A program made the translations under genes and the position numbers. The notes beneath the pieces were generated by a model. The model saw nothing but the letters and a program-made list of their open reading frames with translations. It was not told where the DNA came from and made no database searches. A stretch of 64,000 nucleotides of DNA from the NCBI GenBank assembly GCA_031835245.2, contig JAVKOQ020000007.1, forward strand, positions 124,001-188,000, written 5' to 3'. Source of the DNA: Balamuthia mandrillaris. Lineage: Eukaryota. Positions 8,301 through 15,074 of this stretch are shown here, piece after piece (position 1 is the stretch's first letter; the number at the start of each line of letters is the position of its first letter).

Positions 8301-11300
8301 GCCACAGCTTCCGCACTTTGTTAACTGATATCGCCGGCCGTTTGCCGCTACTTTCACAATTGGTTTGCCGGAGTCGGCCGTCTTTCGTTTACAACGGGGA
8401 CAGTACGTAGTCATTGTTGTTCACTTTTTCTTTGTCTGGTATACTATAGGAGTGAGAAAACCAACGAACGAAAAATAAATGACTGATTACAACATTGGGC
8501 AATGGCATATTGTTATCAACACTAATAAGAAGGTTGAGAACACGCCAGAGAGCCGCCGGCTTGTGCGGAAGTTTACGCGGGTTATACAGGATGTGTTCTC
8601 GGAGGAGAACGCAGATGATATGCTTAGAATATTCCAACGCGGGAAGAACCGTGATCCAATCTATTCAATCCAACTAACTTCATCAATTGAGTGGAAATCA
8701 GGCCGGCAAAAGCGGCTGCATGCGCATATTCTTATTTTCATTACGTTTGCCAAAGACAGAAGCTGCGGTTGACATATGACCGGCTGCGGGGATCTGTGGA
8801 AGAAGCATTAGGTATACCGATACATTTCAATGCTAAGTTCTTGGATAAGAAACAAACATTAGAGCAAATGCAGCAGAACCAAATCAACTATGTCCTCAAA
8901 GAATACTTAGGCATAGATAGGAAGAAGAAAGAAGAAGGAGAATAATCGAATATTTTTTTGCCAAGATTTATTTGGCGGCTTAAGTATAGTTGGAGTGAAT
9001 GGAGTTCTCGGATGAACAAGTGAGGAAGCTCTTGCAACATATGTTGGATTCCTGGGGTAAACCAGCGAAAGAGGTAAGTGAAGAAGTTGTTGTTGAACCA
9101 GAACCTATTGCGGAACCATTGCCGGCGGTAAAGAAAGCAGTGCGAAAGACAACAGCCGGCAAGAAGGCGCCGGCAAAGAAGAAGGCTCCGGCGAAGAAGG
9201 CGCCGGTTAGGAAAGCCGCAAGTAAGCGAGCTCCGGCGAAGAAGAGTGGTGCTGCGGCGAAAAAAGAGAAGCCAGTAAGTAGACCGCGAGCCGGCGAGTT
9301 ATCCAAGTATGTCTTCCAACATTATGCGGAGGAGTTTGATAGTGATGACGACAATGTAGCCGAGGATGAGAGCGGTGAGGAGGCCGAAGAGTAAGAGGTA
9401 TGTTATTTTTTTGTGCCGGCTGAGAGTAGCCTTTGTTCGGCAAAGCAAGGAGAATAAGAGATAATAACTGTTTATGACTTCTACCGGCCTTCTTCGGTTA
9501 GATGTAGCTTTCGCCAATCTATGGTTATATAATCTGTTCTGACGAAGGCTACATTGAAATTCTTATATCCACTCGCCATATGGCGAAGGCTACATTTATT
9601 GAAAAAAAGATAACCACCCACCATTTATTGAAAAAGTTATGCCCACTACAATAGAAAGCTACAATCACCTATTTGTTCACTGTACCAGCTAAGCTAGTAT
9701 TTGTAGCTTCCGTCGCTGAAGAACATCTTGTCGACTAATTCTTGTTGCAAACCATGGCGTTCCATAGCTCGCCTTCTCACCATCATAGGGTCTTCAGGAC
9801 GAGTCCCCGGCGCCGCTTCTTCCCTCGTAATCTGAGGCGAACTCGGCGGCGAGTGTACTGAGATAGCATCCAACCCGGCGGTAAGAGACTGCATCGGGCT
9901 TGCAGGTTGTGCCGGCCTACCTTCTGGTTCTTCGCCTTCTTCTTCCTCTTCTTCGTGCTTTACTTTCTCTCGTTGAGAAACCAGCGGAGGAACGCTTTCG
10001 TCATCCGGGAGAGGCGCCGCGTCTGGTTCGCCCTCGAAAGCAAACTTAGTGAAGTTATCGGCTTGCGATTCGCTCTCCTCTTCATCGGCTTCTTGCGCCA
10101 CTTGCTCTTCCTTCGTGCGGTCCTCTTCATCTTGTTGCAGGAGATTAACGCCTTTGATCGTCGGGTGAGCGCCGCTCTTCAGGTTCTTATCAAACTCCTT
10201 CCATTGCTCGTGGTTCATCTCTTGGTGTACCATCGCCACAGTCGGTTGCAGGCTAACGTTAGCTAAGCGGATCCTCTTCTTTTCTTTGCCAATGCGCTTC
10301 CAAAAGCTTGCATGCTCCGGGTCTCTGCTAACATAGTCTCGGAACTTGCTGGCATACTTTGTCGTGTAAGTACACCAACTGCACGGCATATAGATGATCG
10401 CTGGGTAGCGCCTAAGATCATTGTAGTAGCTAACATATCGGCGGACCATAGAATGTGAAACTATCGGCGTAGGGCCGCCGCTGAGGAAGATAGCCAGGCT
10501 CCTAGCGCGGGCTGGATCAGTCGTCCTAAGCTTGGCCACTAGCGCCACGTAATACCCAACTTTCGAGGCATAGGACTACTAGACTCCTTGGCAGCAAAAA
10601 CAACAATATTAATCGTGTTGGCCAGAGTTTGCGAATCATTCCTCACCATAGCTAACTTCTTGAAATCCGCCATAATCGCCTCGTCGCTACCCGGATCATC
10701 CTCGAGGGCCGGCGGTACAACGTCCAAATAAGTGATGTCCCCGGCTGCCATTGTACGTTCGACATACTTGTACTGCTCGTTGTACCAGCGCATGAAGTCG
10801 TGGTCGTCGTCGGACATAGCAGCGTGAGAACGTTTCTTCTTGGGCTTTGGCTTGTCTTTCTCACAGGCCTGTTCGATGAGCTCAGGCGTCAATAGGTTCA
10901 GCATATTGTCAATACCGTCGGTGCCGAGGAGTTCGCAAAGCACGCTAAATTCTGCGTCGTTTAACTTGCGGAGCATCTTGAAGATCTCAGCGGCGTTTGC
11001 CTTCTTTCGGCCGACCTGTCGTCCTTCCATATTGTGTGTTGGTTTGGGCTGCGAAAATTCTCCTGTCACAAAAAAGCCACGTGATAAATTTTGGCGACAT
11101 GGGAAACCTCCATTTTTTAGGACTCCTCATAGTTATATATAATTCTTGTCAGGAAAGACAGGACGACGGTCAAAATGGCAGAGGAAACCTGTGCTCCAGC
11201 AAGTGGGCAAACAGCTCATGAAAAGGCGGCTCACATAGCAGGGGCTTACAACACAAAGATAGCAGAGGTTCACACAACCACTTCACTAAAGGTTGCGGAG

Positions 11301-12682
11301 CTGAACCGTGAAGCCTTATTGCGCAGCGCTAAAATCAGTGCGAGAGCAAGATACTTCCAAGGCACGGCTACATTAATAGGTGCAGTTGGAGTGCTTGTAG
11401 GGCTTGTTTATCGATTACGAGAGGAGTCAAGCTCCTTGAAGATGGACCTTGAACACACAAGAAGTGATCTCGAAGGACTGAAGCAAAGATACATACTCTT
11501 GAAGGACCATAGAAGTTTTCCCAAGCCAGAAGAAGACAACAAACCACTTCCTAATGAAAAGGACGTGGAAAACGCTTATCAATAAGCTACCAGTAGTAGC
11601 TTAAAAATAGCCACTTCACTTTGTAGCAACTGTCATCACACCATTCTTCGCCCTCCACAACCGAAGTGTTTTCTCTTTTTCTTTTTTTCTATTAAATTCT
11701 TTTTCCTCTGACCTACTTGTTAATATTAAGACCGTCCACTACGCCGTACAGTACACAATACGGTTGCAGAATGACTTAGCGTGTTTTTTGTCCTGCTAAA
11801 TTGTCCACTATCGCACCTAATTTAGCAGACAGAGTGCCGGTAGTGGACGGCGAGAGTTCTTTCGTCTTTGTCAAGCAAATATTGAGAGGTACGGTCTGCG
11901 TACTGGATCAGGTGGCGAAGCTTGGTGCTGATACGTATCGGTGAATGTGCCATCCTGGAGTCATTCAAAAACAACAAAGCGAGAGAGAGAGAGAGAAGAA
12001 GAAACATGTAAGTTTAAAAACGGAGCTAGATTAATGCGTTGTATTATCATACGTACGATCATCCTTGTGGCTAAAGATGTCTAATAACAAACGGTTGGTG
12101 TAAGTAAGGTAACTGTCAAAAAAAAAACACAGCTTCACGCCAGCACACTAAACAAGAACTATGCGTTTAATGTGGTTTGACATACCTTGCCAACGCCAAG
12201 GTCGCCAATAATTGCCAACTTCACGAGAAAGTCATAATCGCTAGTAGTTCTATCTCGTGGTCTCACATAAGGCCGCAGTCCTTGTTCTGCCCGTGCCTTT
12301 CTGCGTTTCTCTCTTTGTTCAATGAGTCCTTTGCGGTGATCCAAATAGATTTGTTTCCATTGGCCATCGTTGTTGCTAGTTGCCGTCAACTTGGATGGAG
12401 CCACCTTTGCTAGAAATGGTTTCCAAAGTCTTATAGAAAAGACAAAGCAAACAAGTTGGGTATTGAGGCTTAAAAGAGGCGGAGAAGGAAGCTATGACGT
12501 ACATAGGCTCGCTGCCAATGCGACGAAAGTGTTTGCAGACATGGGTTACGTGAAGGAGGTCATTTACACTAGTGAGGAAGCTGAAAGCGTACAATAACAT
12601 CTCGTCTGGAAGCCGGCGAATACGTACGTAAAGAAACCTGTTATACAGCAAAGCAAGAGAGGGAAAGAGAGAGAGAGCGAGG

Positions 12683-12714
<32 letters not shown>

Positions 12715-12916
12715 TAAAGAAGGGTTAAAGAAGAAAAAAAAAAGGAGAAAAGCCAGGAACAAAACTGTCGATGTAGTCAGCAATGTGAACACATTGGCAT
12801 TCTAGGGCAATGTCGGAGGCAGAACCATTGTTACCCACAGCGCTGACGTCCGCTCCGTTCTGCACCAACAGTTGCACCACCAACGGGCATTTGGAGAACG
12901 GCACAAGGCAAGGCAA
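2036..12916 (-). CDS. Host ankyrin / F-box / divergent Rab-like GTPase-domain protein, multi-exon, interrupted in an intron by the 9-kb element; 5' end uncertain
   Basis: Exons join in frame across GT-AG introns. ANK (VVQLLVQNGADVSAVGNNGSASDIA) and F-box (RLPDEMLLYAFSFL..VCKHFRRI) precede DYDFLVKLAIIGDLGVGK|TSLATRMI|DGTFTDTYQHQASPPDP|[element]|KMGTLDLDSYKVKVQM|WEPYLNPRF..YRGTCGVLLCYDVTDRVSFENVR|..VPKIMVATKVD..|..FAETSAKENTN. Confidence 0.8.
2902..3030 (+). repeat. Left direct terminal repeat (LTR-like, ~129 bp)
   Basis: Identical to 11727-11855 except G3010 vs T11835. Subterminal inverted repeats CCGTCCACTAC (2907-2917) / GTAGTGGACGG (3015-3025) and an internal stem CTGCTAAATT (2968-2977) / AATTTAGCAG (2994-3003). 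Confidence 0.95.
3062..3829 (-). CDS. Retroviral-like (rve, DDE) integrase, Polinton-type; C-terminus appears truncated
   Basis: LQADLVD...LTAIDVFTKYAWAFPI...LQTDNGAEF...PYKPNSQAVVERFNGTLK gives a complete D-D-E triad. Polinton-like N-terminal GRDKLY..ISRRDV..YL..QLHQP. The ORF stops shortly after the catalytic E. Confidence 0.93.
   Translation of the reverse strand: MKDYSQYKFTDEAYDAGLEYLQTNTLPDLLPKEQRGFADKWRHFRLQEGTEDTIVAKYDGRIVVPAGAIDRVLGELMASPATMAYGRDKLYKRAVELFIGISRRDVAAYLRRNHTNQLHQPIRKIAVKQPIRAKAPHERLQADLVDVSALRGFNDRYNFILTAIDVFTKYAWAFPITKKTAANVARHLRPLLAEQQPKILQTDNGAEFVNHLLMEENGIAHITSKPYKPNSQAVVERFNGTLKRMLWRHMTASAG
3900..3971 (+). repeat. Internal inverted repeat, left copy (72 bp), itself containing a 15-bp-stem hairpin
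   Basis: Reverse complement of 9502-9573 with 4 mismatches. ATGTAGCCTTCGTCA (3919-3933) pairs perfectly with TGACGAAGGCTACAT (3957-3971). Confidence 0.9.
4101..4538 (-). CDS. Basic virion core-like protein with putative adenain cleavage sites
   Basis: Lys-rich ORF with QRGGF followed by an amphipathic segment, plus GSG/GKG motifs. Lies next to the protease gene. Confidence 0.6.
   Translation of the reverse strand: MLIDRRNLHRYGPAHLQRGGFLKKLIRKGKNALNPKGLVGTLGKELLGVIKPIATGKIEQLADSAKSTAKGKVRELLGVGGANVRSTVKSGSGMRMIGSGKKKPAKSKPSAKATKKPTPKSRAQFDSFLGASMKKKQSGKGLRMM
4590..5054 (-). CDS. Adenain-like cysteine protease (virion maturation)
   Basis: FAGVFARDE...FIFNYDKRSQPGSHWVAVY...EYYDSYGVVPP...QTQ....CGYYC shows the H-D-Q-C order of adenovirus/Polinton proteases. 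The frame is open to 5054 (ALSNFEL) with no ATG before 5012. Confidence 0.9.
   Translation of the reverse strand, partial: KKRFHALSNFELTEMLVDSPSFAGVFARDEAKKVKTKEINLPASFIFNYDKRSQPGSHWVAVYCEKSSPFVEYYDSYGVVPPPELERFLRRIAPKRTILYPSTQTQTDKTVLCGYYCVLYIQQRDAGRSPADIITVFDQEPTAANEAIVRDYFT
5033..5556 (-). CDS. Polinton-type basic core protein (LLLTKTQ..LSKTQ..VGGFL), frame break near 5275
   Basis: MSANYNN..LLLTKTQAKKLKRA..LRLSKTQLTKMRPQVGGFLPVLVA. The -1 frame continues ILAGVADKLIDKGIDTATGALGKLFGSGARRPKG..KGRGLRL..CSKKKGSTL* ending at 5033. Confidence 0.6.
5624..7059 (-). CDS. Double-jelly-roll major capsid protein (Polinton/adintovirus hexon-like), frame break near 6320-6370
   Basis: ORFs 6298-7059 and 5624-6322 join to ~470 aa. 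Motifs EAYLEVKCSI, NGGWHLFERVKWSIDNKTV, KPKRVYVVFQ, MRLMVNGKPVP, Y.RLYRSF and TYEDFKNIYPIFVFDC are typical of Polinton-family MCPs. Confidence 0.85.
7267..7488 (-). CDS. Small putative helix-turn-helix protein; probably continues in another frame toward ~7100
   Basis: NNEICEKLNLTVWQLKTIM looks HTH-like. The +1 frame after KPSVI reads EILNVGYQVYLRMVEAG.. The element's shared upstream motif precedes the ATG. Confidence 0.4.
   Translation of the reverse strand: MTEIIDQVRELCRQNLCNNEICEKLNLTVWQLKTIMFSNHIQKPHKKKHVFDEAGSKQAYILNALGVKPSVIL
7546..8259 (-). CDS. Permuted NlpC/P60 (LRAT/PPPDE-like) papain-fold hydrolase
   Basis: His motif (LYHLYLVL..LEKNQ) lies upstream of YSATRYNCQLFI, resembling the LRAT-family Y...NCxxF. 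No ATG at the start of the frame; joined to the upstream Zn-ribbon ORF through an A9 tract. Confidence 0.55.
   Translation of the reverse strand, partial: KKKASNSKQSLLLNHPTNLQEGEGLVDNYNAVKTTLRQMFGLRLNAPPATRRLVEPKGNTVITSMYVVRSPIQQAITTLGNILTLGDLSRMQRKLNYDNLYHLYLVLRLQTGEVIRLEKNQVVSARLASEADLHPHNGGAMQVNVRGRPTLAAMLTRTLKAVGERRMWLYSATRYNCQLFIHDILAANGMLTAELKNFIIQDAGQLLKGHPRIRGLAKLATDLAAKIDYVVYGAGFQ
8220..8414 (-). CDS. Small Zn-ribbon protein (DUF5679-like)
   Basis: YCPRCKRKT...NGRRYQLTKCGSCGARKSKF matches the CxxC..NGR..CxxCG.KS.F pattern. Confidence 0.7.
   Translation of the reverse strand: MTTYCPRCKRKTADSGKPIVKVAANGRRYQLTKCGSCGARKSKFLSVRGGRLKKKRVIPSNRYY
8479..8945 (+). CDS. HUH-superfamily rolling-circle endonuclease (Rep-like), frame break near 8755
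   Basis: Motif I-like WHIVINTN, motif II E.....KRLHAHILI, and motif III INYVLKE (YxxK) in the -1 continuation 8691-8945. About 155 aa, with no helicase domain. Confidence 0.75.
8999..9394 (+). CDS. Histone H1-like Lys/Ala/Pro-rich protein with acidic tail
   Basis: AVKKAVRKTTAGKKAPAKKKAPAKKAPVRKAASKRAPAKK repeats and an acidic C-terminus. Confidence 0.65.
   Translation: MEFSDEQVRKLLQHMLDSWGKPAKEVSEEVVVEPEPIAEPLPAVKKAVRKTTAGKKAPAKKKAPAKKAPVRKAASKRAPAKKSGAAAKKEKPVSRPRAGELSKYVFQHYAEEFDSDDDNVAEDESGEEAEE
9502..9573 (-). repeat. Internal inverted repeat, right copy (72 bp)
   Basis: Reverse complement of 3900-3971 (68/72 identical; the 37 bp at 9537-9573 are perfect). Confidence 0.9.
9694..11030 (-). 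CDS. Element protein of unknown function (ORFs 10539-11030 and 9694-10548, probably one gene with a frame break near 10575)
   Basis: The ORFs overlap and the -1 frame reads SYASKVGYYVALVAK. Contains a degenerate CxxC finger (CSWCTYTTKYASKF) and an acidic low-complexity tail. Confidence 0.5.
11175..11585 (+). CDS. Element protein with one predicted TM helix and a coiled coil
   Basis: ATG-initiated 136-aa ORF with hydrophobic ATLIGAVGVLVGLVY followed by heptad-like LKMDLEHTRSDLEGLKQRY. Confidence 0.5.
   Translation: MAEETCAPASGQTAHEKAAHIAGAYNTKIAEVHTTTSLKVAELNREALLRSAKISARARYFQGTATLIGAVGVLVGLVYRLREESSSLKMDLEHTRSDLEGLKQRYILLKDHRSFPKPEEDNKPLPNEKDVENAYQ
11727..11855 (+). repeat. Right direct terminal repeat (LTR-like)
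   Basis: Same-orientation copy of 2902-3030, followed immediately by TSD GTTCT(T). Confidence 0.95.
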
Positions 12917-13083
12917 AATGGGAGAGTCTTGTCCTTCTCCGGAGTGGACGTACTTAGCTTGTGCCCGTTTGCAATTTCCCAGGGGGAATCAAATCACACT
13001 ATCGGCCAACCAGAAATCAGAGATTCTGTTTCTTCTTTCTTATTCTTTTGCCTCCATGCAAGGCCGTGCCGGACTTTGTGTTC

Positions 13084-13172
<89 letters not shown>

Positions 13173-13377
13173 CTCTTCGTTCACCCGCGTTCATCAGTTC
13201 CTCTCATCACCGAACATAATGGATCAGAAAAAAAATATTATGATATATTAGTATTTGTGTTATTTCCATTGCTCTTGCAATACATTTACAAAACTCAAAG
13301 CCCAGCCAAAAAAAAAATATCTTTCTTTATCACAAAAATAAAATAAAACACCAACACCAACACCAACACCATCAAAC

Positions 13378-14512
13378 TCAAACTTGGTCTTCTGCAGAAG
13401 TCGAAGAATCTGAGGAAGTCTCCTTATCATCATCAAAGTCATTCTTCTTCTTGCTCTTCTTGCTCTTCGTATTCAGGTTCTTTAACTGCTTTCTCAATCC
13501 ATCGTTCATACCATTCCTAACATCGCCGTCAAACGCTTCGTCGTCTATCGACTTGTCTCCTTCCGCAACAAACTCACTCCTGTTAGTGACCCTGAACAAG
13601 AGCCCAGCCACAGCGGACGCAAAGAAGGGGCCTAACCAATAGACCCAAACATACTCAAACTTGTCGCCACCTCGATCGATAGCATTCACAATGATGGCAC
13701 CAGTCATCACTGCTGGATTGAAACCGCCTCCAGATATTGGCATATGCTCTGTTTCAGAGGTTTAGAAAGAGAATAGATGATGAAAGAAAGATGAGTCCAA
13801 AGCGACTCAGAGAATAATACGGACGTCCAACAGCGACAGCACCAGCGGTAATGCTGAACCCGATGGCCAGACCGTAAAAGGAGTTACCCACTTGGGTCCG
13901 TGTGGTGGCAGTTTGAATGACGGCGTTGATGAGGAGGAAGGAGAAGAAAAACTCCGCTGCAAATGCTTGTCCAGCGTTGAAACCGCTTCCAGGGGTGACG
14001 GAGAATGTCTGATAAGAAATAGCCCAGTAGGTCTATTTGTTCCAAAACACACAACGTAAACAAGCTGTACAAGTTTAAAAACAAAACAAAAAAAAATACA
14101 AAAAGGAACGTTACCAATGCGCCAAGAAATGCTCCGGTGAATTGCGCACACCAGAAACACACAAGGTAGAACCATGTAAGCTTTCCACGTCCGGAAAGAA
14201 ACACTCCCAAAGAAACCGCTATTTTTTGTTAACAAAAATAGCGTTAAAGAAAGCAAATACAGAATAAAAACAACAATAAAATAATAAAAAGAGAGAAAAG
14301 GTACAAGGGTTGAAGTGTCCGCCAGATATATGCCCACCGGAATAAACCAGTATCATGAGCGTGGCCCCAATGCTGAAAGGAGCCAATTCTCCCCCGGAGA
14401 GAACGGACAAACCGATGGACAGCATGAACATAAAAGTTCCCACCAGTTCCACGATGAACGGAGCAACCTTTCGGCAAACTCGGTCCAGCTGCTCCGGCAT
14501 GATGTAGGCCAT
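13378..14512 (-). CDS. Aquaporin / MIP channel, multi-exon
   Basis: VELVGTF, GGHISGGHFNP(S) and PISGGGFNPAV signature motifs. Confidence 0.92.
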
Positions 14513-14999
14513 TTGTGGTTCTTCTAAAAGTAAGTGTAAAGAGTGAAACGTATGTGACAATAGCAAACAAAAACTGAAAAAAAAAAGCTAGCCGTGTTAA
14601 CAAGTTAAAGTTGGAACGGAATACAAAAGACAGGAGTGGCAAAACACGAAAACATCGTATGAAAAAGGGACTCATATTCTCCGAAGAGACGTCAAAACAA
14701 CGTTATTCCACCTAGAAAGGTTTGTTACAATTGGTTTTAATCACCTATTCAAAACTGTGAATTAATAATTAATGAACCTTTATAGGTGATTTGTAACCAC
14801 ATCGAACGCACCTGCGAACAACCCGGCAACGAACCAAATGGACAAAACAGCGTTACTCTGATATTCATTTTTTTTTTCCGTTGTTTACTTCAGTTTTTCT
14901 TTTGCTTTTCTATTTATCCTATTTGTTTGTTTGTTGTGCTTTGTTTTTGCAAATAGATCATAATAAAAAAAATGAACATTTAAAAGAAGGTTTAGAAAT

Positions 15000-15049
<50 letters not shown>

Positions 15050-15074
15050 AAAGGGAATGGCGCAATCACTACCA

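Larger units (their letters stand above)
2902..11855. mobile_element. Endogenous Polinton/adintovirus-related DNA virus with direct terminal repeats, rve integrase and HUH endonuclease
   Basis: Terminal direct repeats and a TSD (GTTCT at 2897-2901 and 11856-11860, extendable to GTTCTT). Compact ORFs with no introns or microsatellites, unlike the flanks. Encodes integrase, capsid, protease and HUH motifs. Confidence 0.93.

Noticed and set aside
2902..11855. LTR retrotransposon
   Set aside because: Direct repeats and integrase fit, but there is no RT, RNase H, Gag, aspartic protease or TG..CA end, and the cargo is DNA-virus morphogenesis genes.
2902..11855. Canonical Polinton/Maverick
   Set aside because: No pPolB or packaging ATPase, termini are direct rather than inverted, and it is smaller than typical.
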